Assembly: GCA_964016885.1 (NCBI GenBank)
Contig: OZ024741.1
Span: 207,018,001-207,082,000, forward strand
Reading direction: 5' to 3'
Source of the DNA: Eledone cirrhosa
Lineage: Eukaryota
DNA: 64,000 bases
Shown: in pieces, positions 1 to 12,416 of the stretch
Position numbering within the stretch: the stretch's first letter is position 1
Layout of the letters: each line of letters starts with the position of its first letter
Translations under genes and position numbers: made by a program
Notes under the pieces: model-generated
Told to the model about the DNA's origin: nothing
The model's input: the letters and a program-made list of their open reading frames with translations, nothing else
Databases searched by the model: none

Positions 1-323
1 TACCAGTTAGATTGATTGCACCATCTAAATCAGACCTTGGCATACTTAGCAAGAATATTTTAGACAGAATCATACCACAAATTAAGGAACTATCTTATTT
101 AAAATTATGGAAAGGGACTAATGAAGTTATCGACTGTTTTAAGGACATTAAATATAACTATAATAATAAATTTATTCAATTGGATATTGCTAATTATTAC
201 TCATCCATCACCCCTAATCTACTTAATAAAGCCCTCACATATGAAGTTAAACTTACAGACTTAACTAGTAATGAAATGCACATTATCTTAACTGCATGGA
301 AAACATTAATTAAATTTAACAAC

Positions 324-505
324 GGTGGATTGGCAGTATCGGTAGAGGGTCGGACGCCATGCTTTCCAGCATAGTTACGTCCCTTTGCGATCTGAGTTCA
401 AATCCCGCCGAGGTTGGCTTTGCCTTTCATCCTTACGGGGTCGATAAAATAAATTACCAGTAATGCACTGGGTATGTTGCTGGCCTTGTGCCTAAAGTAG
501 AAACA
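324..505 (+). mobile_element. tRNA-derived SINE inserted in the RT of PLE copy A
   Basis: A-box-like TGGCAGTATCGG, B box GTTCAAATCC 396-405; 19-bp TSD ATTAATTAAATTTAACAAC at 305-323 and 506-524; empty site in copy B near 21341-21359. Confidence 0.92.
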
Positions 506-3265
506 ATTAATTAAATTTAACAACCACCTTTGGACTAGAGCAGACAGAGATAGTAATTTCGATATTACTATGGGGTCATCCGATTACGCACAAATAACGG
601 ATCTTGTGGGGCTTTTTATTAATAATATTCTACATAGGAAAATACCGGAGATGACTAGAGGTTTATATCGCGACGATATGCTACTACTTATAGAAAATAA
701 TAATAACTGTGAAATAAATAGAAAAAGAAAAGAAATTATACAATTTTTTAATTGCCTTAATCTTAAAGTAGAAGTAGAGAATAATTATAAAATAGTTAAC
801 TTTCTAGATGTAACTATAACAGGCCTTTATTATCCATTTCACAAAATAAATGAGAACTTAAACTACGTTAACTTTAATTCCAATCACCCCAGATCCGTTA
901 AAAACACTATAGTAAATTCTGTGCAGCAACGTATTTCTAGAATTTCAGCTAATAGGAATATTTTTGAAGATAAAGCGTTGGGTAGAGCTGGATATAGTAA
1001 TAAAATTAAATACATTGATAATAATGATGTGCCAACTAACCATAACTTTAAAAACTATAATAGAAAACCTTACAATAACTCGAAAAGCAAAAAAGAAATA
1101 GAACTAGAAATATATTATGGTTCGCTCCCCCTTTCTCATTAAGTATTAAAACTTCTATTGCTAAATTATTCTTTAAAGCTCTAGATAAATGCTTTCCTAC
1201 AACACATAGGTATTACTCAATATTTAATAGACATACTATAAAATTATCGTATTCCACCACTAATAATTTAGCGAAGAATATTAATAGAATTAATAATAGA
1301 AACTTAAAACCTAACCAGAATACCATTAATAACCCTAGCAATATCCAATATGATAGTACGGCTCCTAGTAACTTAAATTTGGATAAATGTAACTGTAGAA
1401 ATAAATCTAACTGTCCTCTAAATAATAATTGTTTAGTTAAAAATATAGTATATAATTGTAATGTAAAAACTAATATAAATTCCTTTAATTATGTAGGATC
1501 TACCTCCACAGATTTTTAAGTCCCGTTTTAATAACCATAAATGCTCTTATACGAATATAGGTAAAAAATCTTCAGCTTCTCTATCTAATTTACTATGGGA
1601 CCTAAAATCAAAGAACATTAACTACTCTTTACTTTGGAATATTATCTCCAAAGCTCCTTCATTCAATGCTTCATCTGAAAATTGTGCTCTTTGTATAGAA
1701 GAAATATTCTTTATATTAAAAAGTAAAAATTCTGTTAATTTAAGGAATAACTTATTCAGTTCTTGTAAACATCGGTTGAATTCAACGTTTAAATATATAT
1801 ATATACAATGTAATACATAATTCATCTCTTTTACACAATTACATAATATCCTCTATTATTATTACACCTATCGATAAATCATTAGATTCCTTTTATATGA
1901 CTGCTTGTAACTATCTTAAAGAAAATAAAATTTTTTCTTGAAAAATTTTTCTTGATAAACGTACTGAAGGATTTTTTGAAAATTCATATTTTATATTGTG
2001 TATTTTATATTTCTATATTCTTATATTCTTTTAAAATTATAATTCATATTTTATATTGTGTATTTTATATTTCTATATTCTTATATTTTTCAAATGCTTA
2101 ATATATATATATCCAAATGTTTATATATATATGATAAACATGATGATTTTTTATGTATATGTGGTATAACCTAAAATTTATATTTTATAAATATATTCTT
2201 ATGAAAGAGTTTTTTTGTGCTTTATGCTTTAAATATATTCCTATGAACATTTTAAATGTTACAATTTCTATATGGTGTGACGTTATGGTAAGTAAATTTA
2301 TGTTTCAACTGTTATAACTTTATAACACGTAAATTTATGAATTTATAAATTTATGACTCAGTATAAAATAACATAAGATTCATATTCTAATTACATTCTT
2401 ATGATAGAAAATTTAACTTTTTAACTTCTTAACCTTATAGCATTTAATCATTAGAGTTATCTGAGTTATTAATAAATCACTAGTAATTTCCTTTACGCTG
2501 TACAGCTATTATAATAAAAATAAGGGGTTATTCTTCTGTAAACTCTCGGAATTTCCAAGGGTTTAGAATTATTTGGATACTTTTAACCTACAATGTTTTT
2601 AATAATTAATAATTAATAATTAATGATAATATATATTTTATTATAATAATAATATATATTTTATTATAATAATAATATATATGTTTTTATAATAATAATA
2701 TATTTTTTTAATAATATATAATAGTTTTTAATTTTTTAATTTTTTTAATTTTTTTAATTTTTTTAATAATCTAACATACACATTTTTTTAATAATCTAAC
2801 ATACACATTTAAAGTAATGATTAAACTATTAAATTATTAATTAAACATTTAATCAAATTTATTAATTAAACCTTAGATAAAGTTTTTCAACCTATCATTA
2901 TAATGAATCCTGCTATTATTCATCCACGCTATATTCGTTTCTTCGCTTCTTCTCTCCTCTCACGTAAACAAAATTACGCTATTATTGTCCTTATAACTAA
3001 TATTCTCTCTCACTTAAATATAGTCACATTTACTCTCTCCCACTGGCAAAAATATATATAAACTATTCCTTTTCTCCTTCTCTTTCTTTTTTTCCCTCTT
3101 CCAACGGTTTAATTTAAATATACTGTTATTTAACCTTTCCGACACTAATTTGCATACTAAATCAACAATAAATCTAATATCTCCACTATACAGGAAGCTC
3201 CAACCGGTAAGGTTGCATTTTTTTCAAGGTCTGTCAATATTCATTTATAAAACTAATCTGTATTA

Positions 3266-3331
3266 TATTTTATCTGATGAAAGCACACCATAATCTACCT
3301 TGGTGGCCCTTGAAATATGTATAATGAAATA
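3266..3331 (+). ncRNA. Type I hammerhead ribozyme in pLTR of copy A
   Basis: tattttat-CTGATGA-stem II-GAAA-tatgta-TA-atgaaata. Confidence 0.8.
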
Positions 3332-3497
3332 AATATAGTTTTATAAATATAGTTTCCATTTGTTAATATATTGTATATTTATCCAATAATTTGTTGAGTG
3401 CTTTATATCAGTTATAAAAATATTTTAGCTTGTTGTATCCCAACAAATTAAATATAACCTCTACATATATATATATATATATGCATATATATATATA

Positions 3498-3902
3498 TGC
3501 ATAGACGGTATCCCCCTTGCTTCTAGTGGACAACACCAGAGGGCGTTAGCCCCCCGGTGTTCGCATAGCTACGGCTTCCTAAAATCGTATCTATACATAT
3601 TGTATAAAGCTATGCTTGAAGCGAAATCCTATTTCTTTTCTATTATAAGTTGAGCCAACTTATGCAGCTTCATATGCAAATGAGATTAATCACCTCATTT
3701 AGGCTGTTTTCAAGTTCAGCAGTCGCAGAGCAAGGGGAGTATCTTCCTGACGATGACCAATCAAGCCTGAAGTGCATAGACGGTTGTCCCCCTTGCTTCT
3801 GTCGGACAACACCAGAGGGCGTTAGCCAACCCCCCCGTGTTCGCATAGCTACGGCTTCCTAAAATCGTATTTCTTTCAAAATACGAAATTTCTATACATA
3901 TA
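3498..3902 (+). mobile_element. 275-bp-period partial tandem, retrozyme-like, with degenerate HHR at ~3725-3803
   Basis: 3498-3590 repeated at 3773-3870; CTGACGA 3747, GAAG-tgca-TA; extended stem I agcaagggg/ccccttgct. Confidence 0.7.
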
Positions 3903-4099
3903 TATATTACATTGTGCACTACGTTACAATTATATCTGTATATATCTGTATATATCTATACATACAGGAAGGTTTAACTGAAATTGTGTAAATGTATATA
4001 TAAATATACACGTTGAATATAGAGACATACGATCATGTTACATTTTTGTATTTCCCTGCAAATTAAAAAAATCCGATGTACATTCTTAATCGATTTTGT

Positions 4100-4930
4100 T
4101 AGAGATGGCATCCCACCTGAAATTTTCAAATATGCTGGTCAAAAACTGGTTCTTAAGCTTCGGCTATTTCTGGAAATATGGTTGTCGAACATGTCCCCCA
4201 AGACTTTGGGGATGCATCTATAATCCATCTCTTCAAGAACAAAGGTAAAAACACTATCTGTGACAACTCTCACGGTATCCCCCTTCTCTGTATTGCTGGC
4301 AAATTACATGCCCGTGTTATTCTCAACAGAATTACATGCAGACGTCTTGATGATATCTATCTTGAAAATCAATGTAATTTCCGTATAGGTCGGAATACTA
4401 TTGACATGATGTTCTCCTTTCACAAGGCCGCAGAGAGGGTTCTCGAAAAGAATCAGAAACTATTTATGGTCTTTGTTGACTTGACCAAATCCTTTGACAC
4501 TATCAATCGTAAGGCTCTATAGAAAGACCACAAGAAACTTGGCATATCTGACAATATGCTGAATGATATGTCTTTTCATGAGGACAGGAGAACATCAATT
4601 ATGTTAAATGATTTGAAAACTTTGGTATCACAATCAATACGAAGCAGGGTTGTGTCATGGCTCCTGTACTCTTTGTTTTGTTGTTCTTTGTAAGGCTCCC
4701 GTATGCATGCGGCGCCTTAGACACTGGTGTCAGATTTTAATTCTGTATATCAGGAGGGTTATTCAAACGTCAGCGCTTTAAGGCTACACAAGGTTTACAC
4801 AAACAGATGTTATTGTTACTGATTGCCGCTGCACTTGTTGCATCATCCTTTGAAATGGCCCAAGAACTGAGGAACCGCTTCTCGCTTGCTTGTGGAGCAT
4901 TTGGTTTATCAATCAGCTAACCACCCCCAG
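4100..4930 (+). mobile_element. RTE-clade LINE reverse transcriptase fragment
   Basis: DGIPPEIFKYAG, IIHLFKNKG..CDNSHGIPLLCIAGK, FVDLTKSFDTINR; disrupted. Confidence 0.85.
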
Positions 4931-5014
4931 AAAAGTAGATGACGTAAATGTAGCCTGATGTGCAAATCAGCCGCTGTTGAACTTTCATACGTCAATATAC
5001 GACGGAAGAGTCCA

Positions 5015-5129
<115 letters not shown>

Positions 5130-5499
5130 TGAACAAATGTGATATATATATTTATGAACACATTGATTCTGAAGTCAGGTCTATAGCACAAATATGGATC
5201 ATGAGTCAATCGTCTGTGAAACATTCGTAAGTAGTTTTAATCAATGACATCATTCATGTGAAACCTCGTCATGTATGTTATTGGTAATATATAACTTTTT
5301 TTCGCTTCTTTTTCGTCTTTTTCGATTTTTTTTCGGTGTTTTTCTCTTTTCACTATTCTTCCATTTTCCCTTCTGTTATCCTATATTTTCTTTCCCTCCC
5401 TCCTTCGTTTTCCCAATAACTTACCTAGTTATTGAACGCTCTGGAGGTAGCTATCTTATCTTTAATACGTAGAAATATCCGAGACCTCCCACCAGAGGT

Positions 5500-5885
5500 C
5501 ACATCAAACACGAACACACATCAAACAAAACACTATACACACACGCAAACGCAAAGAAGACAAAAAATAAACAAATAAATAAATATATAAACAGACTAAA
5601 TAAAGATGGCGTAGACATACAATGCAACGGGAGGAAACAATGGCACCACTGACGATGTTGCAGATGTGCAACAAAAGAAATTTGATAGACTATATATATG
5701 TGTTTGGGTCTATATTGTATCTGTATTTTTGACCGTTGGTCAGTCAATGGCAACATTGAGGACCGAATAAATTGAATTAACCGATATAAAAGACAGAGAA
5801 GCGAAAAGCGAAAGCCAACCAAACAGTGAGTGTGTTCTGTTATTAATTCTGGCAATATTACACAAATATGATCCTCCCCAAGTAT

Positions 5886-5890
<5 letters not shown>
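5500..5890 (+). mobile_element. PLE 3' end (pLTR) related to the 47.5-50.1 kb element, degenerate HHR at 5645-5686
   Basis: Terminus atgatcctccccaagtataacaa(TA)n resembles the reverse complement of 47456-47478; CTGACGA-tgttgca/tgcaaca hairpin. Confidence 0.6.
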
Positions 5891-5919
<29 letters not shown>

Positions 5920-5921
<2 letters not shown>

Positions 5922-6678
5922 CGAACTGCGCAGGAATGACACTACGCAACTTTAAAATCTTCCCCTTCTACAAGTGCTCAGATTCGTTCACACAACAACA
6001 AAGAATAAACAAAGAAAATCTATTCCTTAACAAATTTAAACCAAAACTAAACGGGTTATCACCCCAATAGAATTGTCATAAAATATAAACACACATACGC
6101 ACGGAATCACTACTATTAAAGACCAGAGACCAATTCTGTAGAATCAGGTTTATTCATTGACAGACCATGCCTTTGTGTGACCAACACATCCATGTTAAAC
6201 CCTGCACGTGCACACACATATATCTATATATATATGCGCACACAGAATTCACCACTGTCGGTTGCGGGGCCCAATCTACATGAAGAACTCAATGTGATCA
6301 GAATGACTTGTATTTTAATTTCACTGCCCCAACTTCTTATATTATGGAAAAAATATATGTGTCTATATGTATATATATATATATATATTTGAAGGCCATT
6401 TCTCTGTGTGTGGGTGTATGTATGTGTGTGTGTGTGTGTGTGAGTATGTGTGTGCATGTGGATGTATGTATTGTGTGTGCGTGTGTGTGTGTGTGTGTGT
6501 GTATGTATGTGGGTATCTGGATGTATGCGTATGTGTATATATATATATATATGCGTGTGTGTGTGTGTGTGTGTATATATATGTGTGTGTATGTGTGTAT
6601 ATATATGTGTGTGTGTGTGTGTGTGTATGTTTGTATGTGTGTATGTATATATATATGTGTGTGTGTATGTATGTGTGG

Positions 6679-6758
<80 letters not shown>

Positions 6759-6797
6759 ATGTATGTGTGTATCTGGATGTATGTGTATGTATATATA

Positions 6798-6846
<49 letters not shown>

Positions 6847-6915
6847 ATGTGTATATATATGTGTGTGTGTGTGTATGTGTGTATGTATATGTATGTGTGT
6901 GTGTATGTATGTGTG

Positions 6916-6958
<43 letters not shown>

Positions 6959-7460
6959 GTATATGTATGTATGTGTGGATGAAGGTATGTGTGTATATAT
7001 AGGTGTAAGTGCACTAAATCCTTTTCTATCACGCTCCACTCTCCTACCCATCACAGGAAGATATATGTGTGTGTATATTGCTTCCACCCCCTCACTGACC
7101 AGCAGCTGGCGATTGCTAAATCTGACCTTTATAAAATAACCCACACCCCAAATAACTTCTCATTCACTACCAGAAAGGGACACAGCAGTCAACCTGTTGT
7201 TGCTACCTAGATGAAAACTGCTATGAAATCCCACAATGAATTTTATACTTGAATTTTCAAGTCTCAAATTTTAACTCTTCGTATTATTAATTTTTCTTAA
7301 TATTAATCAACATTTGAAAAGATGGCTTTTGCAGACCCATCGAAACCGGTCATTTTTTATACCCTTTATTATTTCCTTACCTTATAAAATTATGTTTTTT
7401 CACAAAAAAGTATTCTGTCTCTTATATATTCCATGTGCCATTACCAACCTCAATTTTCTC
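5920..7460 (+). mobile_element. PLE 3' remnant: GIY-YIG C-terminus, compound microsatellite, degenerate HHR 7309-7356
   Basis: FKIFPFYKC..RINKENLFLNKFKPKLN at ~5950-6055; gatgg/ccatc-GAAA-ccgg-TC. Confidence 0.6.
6355..7000. repeat. Compound (TG)n/(TA)n microsatellite
   Basis: Direct reading. Confidence 0.95.
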
Positions 7461-7484
7461 TCTCTATATATATATATATATATA

Positions 7485-7687
7485 CGTTATTCCGGGTTGA
7501 ATCGGAGGTAACCACAGTAAGTAAGGTACTCAATACATAGCAGAGTATAACAGTTTTAATATAGATGAGATTCTACAGGACTAGAACTGTTTCATTCATT
7601 AGAAATCATCAGGAATCAGGGATTCCTGATGATTTCTAATGAATGTAACAGTTCTAGTCCTGTAGAATCTCATCTATATTAAAACTA
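7485..7687 (-). mobile_element. Mini palindromic PLE-end element; HHR 7569-7617 (-), mutated mirror copy 7621-7669 (+)
   Basis: Inverted repeat 7552-7687; gattc-CTGATGA-ttc/gaa-GAAA-cag/ctg-TA-gaatc; flanked by (TA)n. Confidence 0.8.
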
Positions 7688-7705
7688 TATATATATATAT
7701 ATATA

Positions 7706-7945
7706 TAGTTATGTAATAAACAACATAAGATAATTATTTCATTTACCAGTGGTTTCTTGTAAGCAAGCAAAATATTCTTTCAGTCATCAGAATAAAAAAA
7801 TCCTGGTGTATTTATTGACGGTGGATTTCAAAAACAAAAATATAATCTATATGAAAGTGAGGCTGGAAAAGGAAGGAGAGGAAAAAATACATATAAAAAG
7901 TAGATAAACACACATGCACACACACAACATAAACACATACATATA
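7706..7945 (-). mobile_element. Inverted pLTR arm with HHR 7737-7797, partner of 24372-24675
   Basis: Reverse complement aligns to 24372-24610. Confidence 0.85.
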
Positions 7946-7967
7946 TATACATATATATATATATATA

Positions 7968-10471
7968 CTAGCAGAAGTACCTGACGTTGCTCGGGTGTAA
8001 GTCGACCTTTGGTCTGTTAGAATGTGTGAAAGTTACTTCCCGCGCATCACAGGTTCAAAACTTCGAACTTCAATGAAAAAAAATATGTTAGTAGACACAG
8101 GTGTGTAATTTATTAATTGTAGTTACACAGTGTATCGTTGAAATTGTTCTCTGCACGACTGACGGAAGTCAAAATCGCTTGATATTGAATGTTCAGTTAA
8201 TTTAAAGCAGGGTGAAAATGTCGATTACTTTCAGGGGTTTTTTTTTTTACAATTTTTGCGCTCACATGTGCAGAAGAAGAATTAAAAGGGCCTTTATCTT
8301 AAGCGCGGCATAATGGCGTGTCTTTTGTGACAGTTTTCAAAAATATAGGACGTTCCTGTAAAAAGTTTTCCTATGTGTAACTTTGCCTTGTTTTTTTGCG
8401 CAAAGTCGAGCCCTGCTTCAGTTTTATTGATTTTTTACATCAATGCGTGATCTCTGAAGTAGATTTGAGTAGCTAAAAACCTGTCCCGGTAAATTTGCTA
8501 TAGGTGAAAAAAATTTGATCAAAATTGTATATAGAGTTATTGCCCTTTGCCACAGCCACAAGCCTCGTCTGACGGGATGTTGGTGATTCCTCCGTCAGCG
8601 CTTGTTGGCGACGAAGGCGAACATCAGCAAGCCTTGTCGTACGTGATGTTGGTAACTCAACTAGCCGGGAAAGACGTCTATCAGCGAGTCGAGATTCGCG
8701 CTCAGCAGGTGTTTCCTAGAGAAAATTAATTAATTCTACTGGTTAGCTAAGCCAATGGCAGTGTCAATAGTAAATGAGAAAAGTCTAACATGAACAAAAG
8801 GGAATCAAGGTAAGACAATAAATTTAATATAACTACGATTAGAATGTTGTAGTTGCTTAAAAGTAGTGACAGTTAGGATAAACGCAGTACTTGCTAACAT
8901 TAAGGGAGAATATTGCATAAAGGATTAATCAATTGTGAATGAACTCATACCTGAGAACGCCTAATTCGTTGTCTCAAAGCAGTAGCTGTACCTTTTTTGG
9001 AGGTAAGTCTTGAACGTTTCCGTGTGGGCATAACGACGTGTAACGAAGCTGTTAGGTTAGAGAGAGGTGATTAAATACAGAAAGAGATGACACCAGATTC
9101 GTTAGCATGGTTACTGGTGAATGGGAAGGTTTGGAAATATGATTATAATAACTTACCGAATTTTCCCGTCTATAAATTGCACTTAAAATAATTAAATTTA
9201 ATCAAAAAACAGCTCTGCGCTTTATACTCCGGTGAGCCTTATGTATAAATAATACAATGGTAATCAATCACGTCTCTAACAGAAGTAATAGATCTAGACT
9301 AAAAGTAAAGAAGATAGCATTTTCCTGGTTGGCCTTACACGCCGTTGCGCGGACCTGATTTTAAATGATACGCCTTATATCCTGGTGAGCCTTATAGAGC
9401 GGAAAATATCTATTGGAAAAGAATACGAATTCATGACCAAGGTGTGACAAAATAGGCGTCTATACAGCGCCTGAAACAAACTTGTCCAAAACCCTAGGAT
9501 TTTTCTCGTTAAGTATCCACCCCAAAGGAACCGTTTTTTAGTTACAAAAAATAACCAAAGTGTATAGTAGCTATATTTCTGACATATCATGCCAAAAAGA
9601 ACAATATATTCAAAAAATGTTCTAAAGTACATTCAATCTCTCTTTTTGACCGATATCTTAATAAGCAAGTTATCGATTTTTTATTGACTGTCAGTGTCTA
9701 TCTGCATGCAGGTGTGCACGTGTGCGCAATTAATTGCAAATACGCTCATAACATTTAGTCGTAAGGAGAACAAAAAATGCCATTAGAGGTGGGCTAATAA
9801 TGAAGACACAAACCCTGGTGAACTTACGTTTAAACACCCGAAAAGTTACTCACTTCCTGTGCAAAAGACTGTATTATAAATTAAGTAATTTTTTAGAATC
9901 TTTTGTTTAAAAAAGGAAAACATTGGTACGGACGTAACATTTTTTACAACTTTGTATGTGTACAATACAACTTGGTCAACGTATTATTTAGTAATTTTAT
10001 TTTCAAAAAGCAGGATTATTTAAGACTGTTTGAAAATTTTCTCACAGCTTTTAGCATCACAAAAGACACCATTAAATTTGGTTCCCTTTTCAGATAGGGA
10101 TAATACTGTATTTCCACTTGAATAAGGTGGAATATGAAAAGATAAACTCTTTAATGGTCGGTCGTTTACTGAGACAGCTGGGAAGACATGCAGCTGGTCG
10201 TCCAATCAATAACGCACGTCCTTATATGGGCATATGAAATTTATTTTTATTGCGCCAGATGTAAACTAAGAGCTTCTTGTGTTCGAATTCACATAAAATT
10301 TCATTGGAATCGAAAAGCATTCTGTCATAGGGCACGATTATCGATTTTTCGAAAATTTCAAGTAGCCTATTCCACTCTACGCGTTGAGTTTTATATATGT
10401 GTGAGGTTTCATGAAAATTGGATGAAAGGTGTAGCACCAAACAATGTCCATCTTCCCTTTATATATATAGA
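7968..10471 (-). mobile_element. Non-autonomous Helitron (A)
   Basis: Minus strand: 5' TC at 10471; 3' hairpin acccga/tcaggt then CTAG 7968-7971; A|T insertion; no RepHel ORF. Confidence 0.7.
9156..9410. mobile_element. Tc1/mariner-pogo-like MITE
   Basis: Imperfect TIRs ccgaattttcccgtctataa / ttatagagcggaaaatatc, flanked by TA. Confidence 0.6.
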
Positions 10472-11205
10472 TTACGTTAATTATTTTCCATTTTGACGTT
10501 ATAGTTACTTATATATTATGAAATACTGTTAGCTTCTTGCTCACATTAATTTCTATATTTTCATTTATATTTATACTCGGAATTTTTCATAGAGTGCTTA
10601 AAATTATTTGTGACTAATCCCGGTCTTTTTTTCTTTTTTAAACCGCGAGAATATTGCTATTTTGCTGAACTCCTTACATTTTGTAGAGGTTTTTCGGAAT
10701 GATTTTGACTGCTGTTTCTTGTAAATAAATATTCGTCTCATTCTGACGTCACTAGCTATGTCTCTCCATGTTTGTTTATTTTTATAATTCCGCACGAGGT
10801 GAACTAGCCTGCTTTTAAATTCCCTTTTTGGCAGATTTTGGCAGTGGTGTTAGGGATATCGTATTTGAGCTCGACTGAGGAACGATGCCAACCGTGACTA
10901 TTCCCACTGAAAAGTTTCGTGAAATAGTCTTTTTAAGACTATATAGAGCATTTGTAGATTTTCCAAATTGAAGAATGTGTATTTAAGCTTTATTTTATTC
11001 TGAGTTAAGACTCTATTGGTTTTTTCCCTGGATTTCACAAAATCCGTGGATAAAAACTCTGTCTTCATTTTTTTTAATTGAGTTTGAATTATTTTCCCAT
11101 ATTTTACGGTAATTATTTTCCATTTTGACGGTATAGTCACTTATATATTATAAAATACTGTTGGCTTCTTGCTCACATTAATTTCTATATTTTCATTTAT
11201 ATATA
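10472..11205 (+). mobile_element. Non-coding element with ~100-bp direct repeats (632-bp period) and full HHR 10869-10949
   Basis: 10472-10577 matches 11104-11205; gctcga-CTGAGGA-acga/tcgt-GAAA-tagtct/agacta-TA-tagagc. Confidence 0.8.
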
Positions 11206-11226
11206 TATACATACACACATATATAC

Positions 11227-11298
<72 letters not shown>

Positions 11299-11345
11299 AT
11301 ACATACAGATACACATAAATACACAAAAACACATATATACATATA

Positions 11346-12093
<748 letters not shown>

Positions 12094-12416
12094 CACACAC
12101 TTACACATATATATACATACACATACACACACATACATACACACATATATACACGCATACATACGCACACAGACCTCTACATACGCACACACACGCAATT
12201 AATTATTTAAAAAAATAAAAAACAATGAACAAACATATAATGCAATAGGCCGTCACATAAAAATAAAAAATATACGACTTAAGAAAATAAAAATTATTAT
12301 AAAGTTGACAGCGATACAGGAAAGGACAAATAAATAAACAAACACACGTGGTAAGCAATACTCACACCTACACATACATACATATAAATATATACATACA
12401 CACACACATATACACA

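Larger units (their letters stand above)
1..3464 (+). mobile_element. Naiad-type Penelope-like retroelement, copy A (decayed RT, CCCC linker, GIY-YIG, long 3' UTR/pLTR)
   Basis: MGSSDYAQITDLVGLF and LYRDD RT motifs; CNCRNKSNCPLNNNCL linker; VYNC..YVGST endonuclease; frameshifts; ends in (TA)n at the same point as copy B. Confidence 0.92.

Noticed and set aside
6177-7210. Long YI/CV/HT-rich ORFs here and at other microsatellites
   Set aside because: Translations of dinucleotide repeats
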